A stretch of DNA of 64,000 bases from Myxococcales bacterium (GTDB taxonomy: Bacteria > Myxococcota_A > UBA9042 > UBA3505). The notes under the pieces were generated by a model that saw only the letters and a list, made by a program, of their open reading frames with translations, was not told where the DNA came from and made no database searches. This document shows, piece by piece, positions 48,801-58,172 of this stretch. The stretch lies in assembly GCA_002728755.1 (NCBI GenBank), contig PBVT01000100.1:4484-68483 (forward strand), given 5' to 3'. The position numbers and the translations under genes are program-made. How positions within the stretch are numbered: the first letter of the stretch is position 1; every line of letters begins with the position of its first letter.

Positions 48801-50709
48801 GGTACTCGCCCAGAAGAGCCTTGATGAAGTACAAAGATTACGCCATCAAGCACAAAATCTCCGTGCGAAGTTAAAGGAAACGGGATCAGCCCAGATCAAA
48901 GATATACGTTTCGAAAGTCCCAAAGAAGGACCTCGCGTAGTCATTACCGCAACGTCAGCATTTGAATACGACATCACTGAGCGAGGTGATTACCTGGACC
49001 TCCGTATTCGAAACGCCAACCTTCCCAATCATCTCGAACGAATTCTCGATACCCGCGCCTTTGGTGGGCCTATCGCAGAAATCGCAACGTACGCCGACAC
49101 ATCCGACAAGACTCTCGTACATGTAAGGGTCACTCGCTCGGGTCCATCCAAAGGTGGCATCATCAGTGGTGGTAAGCAGTTGGTATGGGCTTTCAGTCCA
49201 ACCAGCGAGGGAATGGCTCAGACGGAAACTACGGAAGGCAAGGCCCGCTGGGGCGTACATGGAGTGGCTTCTGCCAGTTATAATCATCAGCCAGGTGGAC
49301 CGCCTTCCGCGGCACCCACCGGTGGTAGTTCACAGGCCAGCTCCTCCCCCGCTACGGGAAATTATCAGTATATTGATCCTTACTTCGGACGCCGTCGTAA
49401 GAAACGCAAATACCGCGGCCGCAAGATCAATCTTACGATCAAAGATGCGGATATCCTCCACGTACTCACCTTCCTCGCCAAAGAAGGAAACATCAATATC
49501 ATCACGAGTGAGGAAGTGGTCGGGACCGTATCCTTCCATTTCGAGAATATCCCCTGGGATCTTGCACTCGAGATGGTCTTGAAATCCAAAGGATTGGCCT
49601 ACAGGCAGGAAGAGTCCGTATATCGAATCGCGTTGGCCGATAGTATTCAGAAAGAATACGAGCGTGAAGCCGAGATCAAGAAGAAGGTCCAGGAATTCAA
49701 ACAGCTCGTTGTAAAGCTAATCCCCCTTAGTTACGCGGAAGGAAAAAAGGTCGCGGAACGAGTCGCTGAAATTCTCTCTACGAAGGGAACCGTCGGTGTC
49801 GACGAACGCACAAACACCCTGATCGTAAAAGATGTAGAAGAACATATCCTCGCGGCAGAAGACCTTGTCCACCGACTGGATACCCAGACACCCCAGGTCT
49901 TAATTGAGGCTCGAATCGTTGAAGCCACAGACACCTTCTCCACCGAGCTTGGTGTTCAGTTTGGTGGTAGCACCCAATACGCTCCAATCTACGGTAATGA
50001 AACAGGCCTGATGTTTCCCGGCGTAGTCGGTGTTTCCGGTGGTGCCGACGATCCTCTCGCTCCTGAATTCGGATTAATCTCCGGTGATGCGCCAAACTTC
50101 GCGATCAACATGCCAGCAACCGCCGGTCTCGGCTCTGGTGGGGCCCTGTCCCTCACTCTCGCGAGCATTAATGGAGCGAGTACTTTGAATCTGCGCTTAT
50201 CCGCTGCAGAAGAAGAAGGGAAGGTAAAGATCATCTCCAGTCCACGCGTATCTACGATGGATAATGTACAGGCAAGTATCGAACAAGGTGTCTCGATCCC
50301 CATCAGTGTCGTGAGTGCGAACGGTGTAAACACGCAGTTCTTCCAGGCCGATCTGAAACTAGACGTAACACCACACGTTACTCCAGACGCCATGATCTCC
50401 ATGAAGGTTGATATTCAGAAGAATGAGCCTGATTTTGGACAGCGAGGTTCGTCTGGTAATCCCACGATCCAGAGGAAAGAAGCACATACTCAGCTTCTCG
50501 TGAAGGACGGTGAAACGGCTGTTATCGGTGGTATCTTTACTCGAAACACATCCATCGGTGAGAAACGCATCCCGTTCCTCGGTAGCCTGCCCCTTCTGGG
50601 TTGGATGTTCCGGAATAAGTCCAAGGTCGATAAGAGAAGCGAACTGTTGATCTTCATCACACCCCGCATCGTAAATCGGGAAGCGTCCAAGCCCAAGACC
50701 GATAAGTAA
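45802..50709 (+). CDS. pilQ: Type IV pilus secretin PilQ with two AMIN domains separated by an ~880-residue coiled-coil insertion
   Basis: ATG at 45802 lies after AGGAG. Signal peptide, then AMIN-1 (~45940-46250), continuous heptad-rich coiled coil (~46255-48897), AMIN-2 (~48898-49150), Gly/Ser linker, N0/N1 domains from ~49426, and a C-terminal secretin domain (…GETAVIGG…RIPFLGSLPLLGWMF…LLIFITPRIV). One uninterrupted ORF of 4.9 kb. Confidence 0.85.
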   Translation: MFHRSQIIRLVGVLSGIFLCIGLANGAPNQETGLNQIEKIDRQEEDNLTRLQIHCSKEPTFTVFRLHDPVRVIIDVIGAKTLDSGTAYTVQNGVIDQIEHRTFSRDGQSIGRITIGLYETTAYDVKRNGNTIELLIDAAKRRQSNPTNTNEEIEIQRRELEQLQSRITTETSKIDSLLSERAKLSAKQEKLQGQISKLESKRAYSGELQQKVSEYETRLTELQSKMATSVARHGALRDAVATIRRLENDQAQLAKELKSARSEQTDARTTMIRINRELTQTRSQLEKRETTLVTAQSKLNKLRTKNGELSDRVNKAETDAENANKRLRTIREESDESLAMADKRIRSLSSRISDAKQRLARTEKTEQTYVEQTKKLKTLEATLRSQLVKEKGLRAQREQALKKSNKESKKAQKALETALTQQKKHEKRVRKAYEERITKLEARLVAQKKLRETQKLAARARAILEARSMVTKELEQLMKKRDKTAKVVTDLTEKRKQYETEIATIESAIKSRQTEVRTAEKKQKKAFAKLETLNTRIGKAENTIQELDSQRSTLRTELAQLRQQTDKLRAKRVERQNNLQELQNKNQRLSAHVDELQTSLSALTKRMDSERQQHDRTVVGMSAERSVLKKKIMTLEEANSIDKAQVEQLQAKIKSLSDNLNGAEQSYRQTIQAVEKERAALRTRVTNLQTQLTGNTTGPIQNEQVAQLRAMLAAVQQTAADERDAATRRAKTEVEQYQVEIQRLTGILKKAQGTADTTSPIMPTLQKHLNTAHTQLKTAETELIERSREAVKARASAVQAHEESARLRSEVQSLKTQLDNASSSRVQRVLSLEKQISDLRTQLKAQSHTKTKAKKYQTQKVQVTVQRLEAELATLRSQLRTARTEKVAVQETAQEEKKKSEKLAMRADEYRTKAEEFKANASRLKTEANELRTRIQNLENGQQGKAAAELRQFLEAAERAGRIARAKAASMKAAAQKWQTEANRSHQAKERAMADKKRAQVLAQKSLDEVQRLRHQAQNLRAKLKETGSAQIKDIRFESPKEGPRVVITATSAFEYDITERGDYLDLRIRNANLPNHLERILDTRAFGGPIAEIATYADTSDKTLVHVRVTRSGPSKGGIISGGKQLVWAFSPTSEGMAQTETTEGKARWGVHGVASASYNHQPGGPPSAAPTGGSSQASSSPATGNYQYIDPYFGRRRKKRKYRGRKINLTIKDADILHVLTFLAKEGNINIITSEEVVGTVSFHFENIPWDLALEMVLKSKGLAYRQEESVYRIALADSIQKEYEREAEIKKKVQEFKQLVVKLIPLSYAEGKKVAERVAEILSTKGTVGVDERTNTLIVKDVEEHILAAEDLVHRLDTQTPQVLIEARIVEATDTFSTELGVQFGGSTQYAPIYGNETGLMFPGVVGVSGGADDPLAPEFGLISGDAPNFAINMPATAGLGSGGALSLTLASINGASTLNLRLSAAEEEGKVKIISSPRVSTMDNVQASIEQGVSIPISVVSANGVNTQFFQADLKLDVTPHVTPDAMISMKVDIQKNEPDFGQRGSSGNPTIQRKEAHTQLLVKDGETAVIGGIFTRNTSIGEKRIPFLGSLPLLGWMFRNKSKVDKRSELLIFITPRIVNREASKPKTDK

Positions 50710-50740
50710 GGGTACGACTCTTCATTCGAGCGCTCGAGCC

Positions 50741-51301
50741 ATGGGTAGCCGAATCGTAATCGTCGGAATGATGGGAGTGGGTAAAACCACTGTAGGTGCT
50801 CAATTAGCTCAGATCATGGAACGCGGTTTCTCCGACCTTGATGCGCTCGTATGCGAGCTGGACTCTACAGGCCGTACTATCGGAGACATTATACGAGAAG
50901 ATGGGGAACAAACCTTCCGCGAGATGGAGCTCCATGCGTTTCAATCCTGGATGGAAAACGCGCATTATGAGACTGGGGTCCTGGCAACAGGTGGAGGACT
51001 TGTGACACAATCTGGTGCTAGAGCCTTACTACAACAACCTGATGTTCTGGTTATCTGGCTTACAGCAACAGTCGCCGTTCTTTCCGAACGATTAGGTGCG
51101 TCGCCCGGAATCGAACGTCCCCTTTTAGATGGTGGCCCGTCCCTCAACGCCCGGATGAAAGAATTAATCGCAAATCGATACACTCTCTACGAATCCGTTG
51201 CTGATATAGTCGTCGATACAACGACTTTGAACCCGGACATCATCGTACAGAAATTATGGGGACAGATTTCCAAGGGAAAGGAACCATGTCCCGTTTCGTA
51301 G
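50741..51301 (+). CDS. aroK: Shikimate kinase
   Basis: Walker A GMMGVGKTTVG and the pil-aroK-aroB synteny. Confidence 0.85.
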   Translation: MGSRIVIVGMMGVGKTTVGAQLAQIMERGFSDLDALVCELDSTGRTIGDIIREDGEQTFREMELHAFQSWMENAHYETGVLATGGGLVTQSGARALLQQPDVLVIWLTATVAVLSERLGASPGIERPLLDGGPSLNARMKELIANRYTLYESVADIVVDTTTLNPDIIVQKLWGQISKGKEPCPVS

Positions 51302-52386
51302 TATCCGCATCCACAGGTTCCTACCCGGTCTTCGTTCAAAGCGATGTTCCAGGCATCAAAGAGATTCCAGAACATCTATTCGCCAACGACGGCCGAATAA
51401 TTCTAATCACAGATGAACGTGTCGCAGGGTTCCATGGAGCGACCATCGAAAAACACCTCGTGGGACTTGGATTCCATCCTGTTGTTTTGACAGTTCCAGC
51501 GGGCGAACGCGCTAAGAAGCCGAATACCGTAATCCGACTCTGTCGTGAAATGTTACAACATGGTGCCCAAAGAGGGACCCCGGTATGTGGGTTTGGAGGG
51601 GGGGTCGTCGGTGATATCGCCGGATTCGTCGCGAGCATCTATATGCGGGGAGTGCCACTCCTACATATCCCAACGACACTACTTGCCCAGGTCGATAGTA
51701 GCGTAGGCGGTAAGACGGGGGTCGATCTACCCGAAGGCAAAAATCTCATCGGCACGTTCTGGGCCCCCTCTTTCGTGTGGAGTTGTACATCCTTTCTTTC
51801 ATCTCTCCCGGCCCGAAGGGTAAGAGAAGGGCTCTCGGAAGCCTTGAAATATGGCTACATCGCTCGGCCCGACCTATTGGACCGGTGTCTACAGATCCCC
51901 CCCCGCTCCCCCAACGAGGACCCGGACCGATTATCGAACTTTGTCTTCGACTGTATCTCAGTAAAAGCTGATGTCGTAACCAAGGACGAACACGAAAAAG
52001 GTCTACGAGAAATTCTGAATTTCGGCCATACCATTGGTCACGGGATCGAGCGTATCATGGGCTATCGAAAAATAACCCACGGAGAGGCTGTCGCAATTGG
52101 AATGGTCGCCGAATTGGCCCTCGGTGAAGTCCTCGGAGTTAGCCCCAAAGGAATTGCTCAGGACGCGAGTGAACGCCTCTCTAGGATCGGCCTTCCCACA
52201 ATGATCCCATCAGGCATCGACGCCCAAACTCTTGTCGAAGCCGTGTCTCACGACAAGAAAAACGTCGGCAAAAAACGTACAATTATCACGATATCGACCC
52301 CGGGTACTCCAGAACGGATTCAACTAACCGATAGAGAATTACTCAAAAACTTGAACTTAGCCCAATGTGCGGTGATAAATAGATAA
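51286..52386 (+). CDS. aroB: 3-dehydroquinate synthase
   Basis: GGGVVGDIAGF…, VDSSVGGKTG… and HxxGH metal ligands. The start at 51286 has an SD and overlaps aroK by 16 nt. Confidence 0.9.
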   Translation: MSRFVVSASTGSYPVFVQSDVPGIKEIPEHLFANDGRIILITDERVAGFHGATIEKHLVGLGFHPVVLTVPAGERAKKPNTVIRLCREMLQHGAQRGTPVCGFGGGVVGDIAGFVASIYMRGVPLLHIPTTLLAQVDSSVGGKTGVDLPEGKNLIGTFWAPSFVWSCTSFLSSLPARRVREGLSEALKYGYIARPDLLDRCLQIPPRSPNEDPDRLSNFVFDCISVKADVVTKDEHEKGLREILNFGHTIGHGIERIMGYRKITHGEAVAIGMVAELALGEVLGVSPKGIAQDASERLSRIGLPTMIPSGIDAQTLVEAVSHDKKNVGKKRTIITISTPGTPERIQLTDRELLKNLNLAQCAVINR

Positions 52387-52399
52387 GGGAAAAAAAGTT

Positions 52400-53200
52400 A
52401 TGAATCCGCAACAGTATTTACAGAAGAAACTCATGAAGCCGGTCATAGTCCTACTATCGATCATTTCTTGTCTTTTCGCCTGCGTAGCCGAGAAGCCACA
52501 TGTTATGTTTATACATGGCAATGCACGGCTGGATCTCGAATTGAATGCATGCGCCATCGGGTCAGCAAGCCTCGATATCAAAACTATCGGATGGGGAGTG
52601 CTGGATCTGAATCTGTCACGGGAATACCAGATGAATACGATTGTCGAGAATAAGACGATCGCGAGTGAGACGATTCCCGGTGTAAATCCACTGCAGATCA
52701 ATAACAACACGATACAGGTGTCCGTGGTTCGTTTCGATTACCGTGTACCGGACGCCGACACCGGAGGACCGGTGGTCGATGTTCCCCAGACGACTATCAT
52801 TCGACATCTACCGGACTCGATTGAATCGCAATCCTTACGGATGCTCTCTTTCCCGTCCATCGATCCGAATGTCGCCGACGTTCTTCTGAATGGACCCAAC
52901 TCCAAAGCATATTGGGCAAGTCAGCCCGTCGAGAACCAGGTACCACCTGTTGAAATTCTCGTCGATATACAGGTTGAAGGTGTTCTAGTGGATGGCACAT
53001 TAGTACGGTCCAACCGGTTCACCTACCCCATCTATGTATGTAAGGGTTGTCTCCTGGACGATTCTCCTGCGGACTGCACTGCACCGCCGACGACAGATAT
53101 ACCATGTGTCTTCGGTCAGGATGACGTCGTGGACTGCCGCCTTTGCTATAATTTAAAGGGCGATCTGGACCTCTGCGATCCAAACCAGCTGTCCTTTTAA
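52400..53200 (+). CDS. Hypothetical lipoprotein with Cys-rich C-terminus
   Basis: Lipobox SCLFAC; eight C-terminal Cys; no recognised family. Confidence 0.45.
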   Translation: MNPQQYLQKKLMKPVIVLLSIISCLFACVAEKPHVMFIHGNARLDLELNACAIGSASLDIKTIGWGVLDLNLSREYQMNTIVENKTIASETIPGVNPLQINNNTIQVSVVRFDYRVPDADTGGPVVDVPQTTIIRHLPDSIESQSLRMLSFPSIDPNVADVLLNGPNSKAYWASQPVENQVPPVEILVDIQVEGVLVDGTLVRSNRFTYPIYVCKGCLLDDSPADCTAPPTTDIPCVFGQDDVVDCRLCYNLKGDLDLCDPNQLSF

Positions 53201-53274
53201 GAGGCGGAAAAACTAGCACTGGATCGAACGGTTCAACTCTTGCTATGGTCTTCCCATACTCAGTATGGCTAACC

Positions 53275-53589
53275 ATGACGCAACGAGATACCATTCGCCG
53301 CCAGGACATTCATATCGCGGGACGCAGGCTCACCATACAGACGGACCGAGACACCGAGGTTCTTGAGAGCATCTGTGATTACGTGAATGCTCGCTACAAC
53401 GAAGTACAGGCAACTCCGGGGCTTTCTCAGGCCAATCAGAGTGTAATGTTAGCCTTGTGCATCGCAGAGGATCTATTCGCGGAACGGCAGCTGCACAACC
53501 AGAAGATCGGCCGTGTGCGCAGAGAAGCGAACCAAATCCTCCAGCGACTGGAAAATCTCACCTCGCCAGCAGAGCCCGACTCGGAATAG
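53275..53589 (+). CDS. zapA: Cell division protein ZapA
   Basis: About 105 aa, internal start MTQRD…, ZapA-like I…G-x-Y-xI pattern and C-terminal coiled coil; sits next to 5-FCL as in many bacteria. Confidence 0.65.
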   Translation: MTQRDTIRRQDIHIAGRRLTIQTDRDTEVLESICDYVNARYNEVQATPGLSQANQSVMLALCIAEDLFAERQLHNQKIGRVRREANQILQRLENLTSPAEPDSE

Positions 53590-53630
53590 CCCCACCCGGA
53601 TGTGGGTATTTGGCGAAACCGAATCTTCTA

Positions 53631-54206
53631 ATGGACAAGAATCGAAAAGAGATTCGCGCACATTTCGATGCGTTGCGTAACGCTCTCTCGACGGCCGAAC
53701 AAACCGCTTCTAGCGAACAACTATGTCGTCTTTTGGCAGAGCTTCCAGAGATCCAGAGAGCAACACATGTGGCCGGTTATTTTCCGGTTCGAGGTGAAAT
53801 CGATGTTCGGCCCCTTTTAGAGGAGCTCCTCCAACGCGGTGTCCAAGTCTATCTTCCCATCATCGATGGTAAAGACCTGTTATTTGGTCGAATCACAACA
53901 CTCGACCCTGCAGACCTTTCACTCGGCCCCTTTGGTATTCCTGCCCCGTCGACAGGGGCGGAACCGCTCACGTCTCTCGATGCCGTACTTATACCAGGCG
54001 TGGCGTTTGATCATGAGGGGAATCGAATGGGTCGCGGTGGAGGCTATTTCGACCGTGCCTTAATGAATGCTTCGGACCGCCCCTGCCGCATCGGAGTGGC
54101 ATATTCATGCCAGATAGAGACCAATGGCTTGCATGCAGAGACACATGATGTTCCCATGCACATCGTTATGACCAATACTGGAAAAATCTACCCTCCAGGC
54201 CCCTGA
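53631..54206 (+). CDS. 5-formyltetrahydrofolate cyclo-ligase
   Basis: Internal ATG at 53631; family motif …[13 protein letters not shown]. Confidence 0.8.
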   Translation: MDKNRKEIRAHFDALRNALSTAEQTASSEQLCRLLAELPEIQRATHVAGYFPVRGEIDVRPLLEELLQRGVQVYLPIIDGKDLLFGRITTLDPADLSLGPFGIPAPSTGAEPLTSLDAVLIPGVAFDHEGNRMGRGGGYFDRALMNASDRPCRIGVAYSCQIETNGLHAETHDVPMHIVMTNTGKIYPPGP

Positions 54207-54219
54207 TCGTGATAGCAAC

Positions 54220-55518
54220 GTGAGCGAAATGAGCCAAGATACAGTCCAAGAACTTCCCCCCGAAATACAACAGGAGGTGGACCGCCAGGTTGCGGCCCTC
54301 TGCGGAGGGGTTATCGATCTTCATACCGAGGCTGATTTACGGTCAAAACTCGCACGAAGTCTCCAGGAGAATCGACCGCTACGCATTAAATTAGGGGCCG
54401 ATCCCACCGCGCCGGATATTCATCTCGGTCACGCCGTCGTATTAACAAAACTCCGGCAATTTCAAGAGCTTGGTCACCGTGTCATATTCTTGATTGGAGA
54501 TTTCACAGCACGAATCGGCGACCCGAGCGGAAAGAAAGAGATGCGGCCGATGCTCGACGAGGCCGCCATCGCTGAAAATGCGAACACATACACCAAGCAG
54601 GTGTTCAAGATTCTCAACCCGGACCAGACGGAGATACGCTTCAATAGTGAATGGATGGGAAAACTGAACGCTGCTGGCGTGGTTTCGTTAGCTGCCAATA
54701 TGACCGTGGCCCGAATGTTGGAGCGCGATGATTTTGAGAAGCGCTATACAGAAGGTCGGCCCATCGGTATTCACGAATTCCTATATCCCCTGGTACAGGG
54801 CTACGACTCCGTTGCTCTTGAAGCCGACGTGGAGATCGGTGGTAGCGACCAGTTGTTTAACCTTCTGGTAGGACGTGAGCTCCAGAAAAGTCATGGCCAG
54901 GAACCACAGGTCGTCATGACCGTGCCTCTACTCGAAGGAATCGACGCTCGTTTCGAGAATGGAAAGATCGTTGGCGCCAAGATGTCCAAATCACTCGGGA
55001 ACTATGTAGGAATCGAAGAGGCTCCTGAAGCGCAATTTGGTAAATTGATGTCCATCTCAGACCCACTGATGTGGCGCTATTACCGACTGTTGTCGGGGAA
55101 GTCCTCGACTGAAATCGATGCAATGCAAAAAGGGGTCGAGGAAGAGACGATTCACCCGATGGCCGCGAAAAAGGGGCTGGCTCATCTCCTGGTACAACGT
55201 TTCCATAGTCCGGAAGCTGCAGACCGAGCACAACAGGACTTTGAAACCCGCTTCTCGAAACGAGAAATTCCAACCGACCTCCCCGAATTCGAAATTGAGG
55301 CGACAGTCGACGATGGCGCTGGCCTCATACATATTCTTCGTGAAGCGAAATTGGCCTCAAGTGGTAAAGAAGCCCGCCGTTCCTGCCAACAGGGTGCCGT
55401 ACGGATCGAAGGCGAGAAAATAACGGACCCCAACTATGTGCTCACCCCTGGCTCCCAGGTCGTGGTCCAGGTGGGCCGTCGCAAAATGGCGCGCATTACC
55501 GTGATCGCGAAGAGCTGA
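54220..55518 (+). CDS. tyrS: Tyrosine--tRNA ligase
   Basis: Class I HIGH variant (HLGH), KMSKS, and a C-terminal S4-like domain; 432 aa. Confidence 0.9.
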   Translation: MSEMSQDTVQELPPEIQQEVDRQVAALCGGVIDLHTEADLRSKLARSLQENRPLRIKLGADPTAPDIHLGHAVVLTKLRQFQELGHRVIFLIGDFTARIGDPSGKKEMRPMLDEAAIAENANTYTKQVFKILNPDQTEIRFNSEWMGKLNAAGVVSLAANMTVARMLERDDFEKRYTEGRPIGIHEFLYPLVQGYDSVALEADVEIGGSDQLFNLLVGRELQKSHGQEPQVVMTVPLLEGIDARFENGKIVGAKMSKSLGNYVGIEEAPEAQFGKLMSISDPLMWRYYRLLSGKSSTEIDAMQKGVEEETIHPMAAKKGLAHLLVQRFHSPEAADRAQQDFETRFSKREIPTDLPEFEIEATVDDGAGLIHILREAKLASSGKEARRSCQQGAVRIEGEKITDPNYVLTPGSQVVVQVGRRKMARITVIAKS

Positions 55519-55594
55519 GACGAATCGTAAAGATCGGTTTTGATCCTGGTGCGTATGTACCTTCATCGACATGTTCCCCGATGGAGGTTCCCCA

Positions 55595-58114
55595 ATGCAC
55601 CGAACAATCCGAATAAGCGTTCCACTCTGGGCGCTCCTAGCCATATTCTTCCTAACCAATAGCGCCCTCGCCCGCACGGTCGTAGCACCCCCTGACAAAA
55701 CACAAGATGCCGGTACGTTAGAGGCATCGTCCGCCGACGGTGAAGAGGTGGGCCGTTTTCCTTTGCAGCACACCGACGTGAAGGCCGAAATCTCGGGCTT
55801 CATAACACGTGTCACAGTTACACAATTTTATGAGAACCCTTTCGATAAGACGATCGAGGCTATCTATACCTTCCCGCTGCCTGACGGAGCCGCAGTCGAC
55901 CGAATGGACATGTTGATTGGTGACCGGAAAATTGCCGGTCAGATCAAGAAGCGAGCCGAAGCCAAGGCTATCTATGATGCCGCCAAACAACAGGGACGGA
56001 CGGCATCTCTGCTGACCCAGGAGCGTGCCAATATATTCACGCAGGCCCTGGCCAATATTCATCCTGGCGATAAGGTTCGTATTCAAATCAGTTATGTTGA
56101 GACCCTGGTATACGAAGACGGCCGATATACGTTCCGCTTCCCGATGGTTGTTGGACCTCGCTATATACCCGGCGCACCGCTCGTACAAAACCAGGCGGGT
56201 AGTGGCTGGGCTCAGGATACCAGTCTTGTACCCGATGCATCACGGATCACTCCCCCGGTCCTGAAGCCAGGACAACGTTCGGGGCACGACATCTCCGTTT
56301 CCGTGAAGCTAGACGCCGGTGTACCCATTCACAAACTCTCTACTCCCTCCCACAACATCTCCAACAAAAAGCACAGCGCGTCTAGACGCTCCGTGCTGCT
56401 CGACCCAAGCGATAGCATTCCCAATAAAGATTTTGTTCTTCATTACCACGTCGCCGGTAAACGACCCGAGCTCGCCGTACTGGCTCAAAACGATCCCGAG
56501 AATGGCGGTCATTTCATGCTTCTCGTTCAGCCCAAAGCCGACTTCCGCCTCAAAGAAATCACGCCCAAAGAGATGGTCTTTGTTGTGGACAACTCAGGCT
56601 CCATGAGTGGTCAGCCGATGGCCGCATGTAAGGGCCTGGTGCGTAAGGCTCTTAAAGAGATGAACCCAGATGATACCTTCCAGATTCTTCGTTTCTCCGA
56701 GCGAGCGAGCGGTATGGCCCGGGCTCCCATTGCCAACACCCCGGCCAACGTAAAGCGTGGGCTGAAATATATAGACAGCATGCGTGGTATGGGCGGCACC
56801 AATATGATCGAAGGTATCAAAGCCGCATTGGATATCCCCGAAGACTCCGATCGTATGCGCGTAGTCTGGTTCCTTACCGACGGCTATATCGGTAACGACG
56901 ACCAGATCCTTGCTGCCATCCAACAAAAGATTGGTAACGCTCGTCTATTCGCCCTGGGCGTGGGCTCAAGCCCCAACACCTATCTACTCAATAACATGGC
57001 ATGGAATGGTCGTGGAGCGGTCGATTTCATTCGCCCAAACCAGAAAGCACAGGCTTTCGTGGACCGATTCTACAACCGTATCAGCAGCCCATACCTCACC
57101 GATATCAAGATCGATTGGAAGGGCCTTGAGGTAGAGGAAGTCCTGCCAAAACGTATTCCTGACCTCTATACGGGGCAACCCCTCGTAGTGTATGGCCGAT
57201 ACAAGAAGGGTGGTAGAGCCCGTGTCGTGGTCAACGGAAAGATCCGCGGCCGGAACCATTCCTTCCCGGTGTCCGTCACCCTCCCCTCTGGCACCACCGA
57301 GCAAGAGTCCATCGGTGCGATCTGGGCGCGCAATAAGATCAAGCGTCTCAACACCTCTCTGCTGGCTCGCTACAATCGTAACCTCGACAAGAAGGCCGTC
57401 GTTGAAGAAATCACAGACGTAGCTCTGCGCTATCGCCTGATGAGCCAATACACAGCCTTCGTCGCTGTAGAGAAGACGGTTCGACGTAAACCCGATGGCA
57501 CCATCGAAACCGTGGTACAGCCCGTCGAAATGCCAGAATTCGTATCCCACAAGGGTGTATTCGGTCGTGGAGCCGGCACTCGCTCGTCTATTCGCTCCTA
57601 TAAACGCCAGGGTTCTGTTCAACTCTACAACCACGCCCCTACGGGTCAGGCACACGGCATGGGCCGCGGCTATAGCGGTAGCGGCAGCGGTGGCGGTGGC
57701 ATAGGCGTTGGACATAGCGGATTAAAAGGAGTGGGGTCTGTAGCTCCACCCACCCCGAAAGAAGAAAACAGTCTGGACAAGGAATCTGGTATCGCCAAAA
57801 CCGCTGGTGTCAAAGTGAAGATCAGCACCATACAAGGCGGTAGCTCCAATGCTCGCAAAGAGTTGAGCAAGCTGGTTTCACTTGGATTACGAAAAAGACA
57901 AGGCTGCCTACAACGCCGTAGTGAGTCCAAAGCGTCCCATATGCGAATCAAGCTCACATTCGCAGCCGACGGCACCGTGGCTGATGTCGATATACTCGAC
58001 CAGGGCACAGTCGGAAATCTGACCGTACGCTGTCTACTCTTCGCACTGAAGACGATCTACACCCCTACACTGAGCGGACAGACATTTAAGCTATCGCTGA
58101 ATGTCTCCCCATAA
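55595..58114 (+). CDS. Secreted VIT (vault/inter-alpha-trypsin) + von Willebrand factor A domain protein
   Basis: GGAGG SD before the ATG at 55595; signal peptide; VIT domain; vWA MIDAS motif DNSGSMSG; Gly-rich region and C-terminal domain. Confidence 0.8.
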   Translation: MHRTIRISVPLWALLAIFFLTNSALARTVVAPPDKTQDAGTLEASSADGEEVGRFPLQHTDVKAEISGFITRVTVTQFYENPFDKTIEAIYTFPLPDGAAVDRMDMLIGDRKIAGQIKKRAEAKAIYDAAKQQGRTASLLTQERANIFTQALANIHPGDKVRIQISYVETLVYEDGRYTFRFPMVVGPRYIPGAPLVQNQAGSGWAQDTSLVPDASRITPPVLKPGQRSGHDISVSVKLDAGVPIHKLSTPSHNISNKKHSASRRSVLLDPSDSIPNKDFVLHYHVAGKRPELAVLAQNDPENGGHFMLLVQPKADFRLKEITPKEMVFVVDNSGSMSGQPMAACKGLVRKALKEMNPDDTFQILRFSERASGMARAPIANTPANVKRGLKYIDSMRGMGGTNMIEGIKAALDIPEDSDRMRVVWFLTDGYIGNDDQILAAIQQKIGNARLFALGVGSSPNTYLLNNMAWNGRGAVDFIRPNQKAQAFVDRFYNRISSPYLTDIKIDWKGLEVEEVLPKRIPDLYTGQPLVVYGRYKKGGRARVVVNGKIRGRNHSFPVSVTLPSGTTEQESIGAIWARNKIKRLNTSLLARYNRNLDKKAVVEEITDVALRYRLMSQYTAFVAVEKTVRRKPDGTIETVVQPVEMPEFVSHKGVFGRGAGTRSSIRSYKRQGSVQLYNHAPTGQAHGMGRGYSGSGSGGGGIGVGHSGLKGVGSVAPPTPKEENSLDKESGIAKTAGVKVKISTIQGGSSNARKELSKLVSLGLRKRQGCLQRRSESKASHMRIKLTFAADGTVADVDILDQGTVGNLTVRCLLFALKTIYTPTLSGQTFKLSLNVSP

Positions 58115-58128
58115 CTCTCCTCCCTATG

Positions 58129-58170
58129 CAGGGGCCCCGTTTCTTCGGAGACGGGGCCCTTTGTATTTTT
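58129..58170 (+). terminator. Rho-independent terminator shared by the convergent VIT-vWA and TSP3 genes
   Basis: AGGGGCCCCGT-loop-ACGGGGCCCT followed by TTGTATTTTTGG. Confidence 0.65.
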
Positions 58171-58172
58171 GG

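Noticed and set aside
46089-48853. Multiple minus-strand ORFs of 60-146 aa inside the pilQ coiled-coil region
   Set aside because: They are antisense shadows of a region rich in GAG, AAG and CAG codons, giving Ser/Leu/Phe-rich translations.
45727-50709. Possibility that the long repetitive pilQ coiled-coil region is a CRISPR-like or tandem DNA repeat array
   Set aside because: No nucleotide-level regular repeat with spacers was seen. The periodicity is at the protein level (heptads), and the ORF is continuous.
50727-50738. 12-nt palindrome TCGAGCGCTCGA after pilQ
   Set aside because: It is short, has no T-run, and lies 3 nt before the aroK start. It is more likely chance, or part of the RBS context, than a terminator.
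53590-53630. Possible 6S RNA (ssrS) between zapA and the cyclo-ligase gene
   Set aside because: The gap is only 41 nt, too short for a ~180-nt 6S RNA. It is reported as a finding about absence rather than as a feature.
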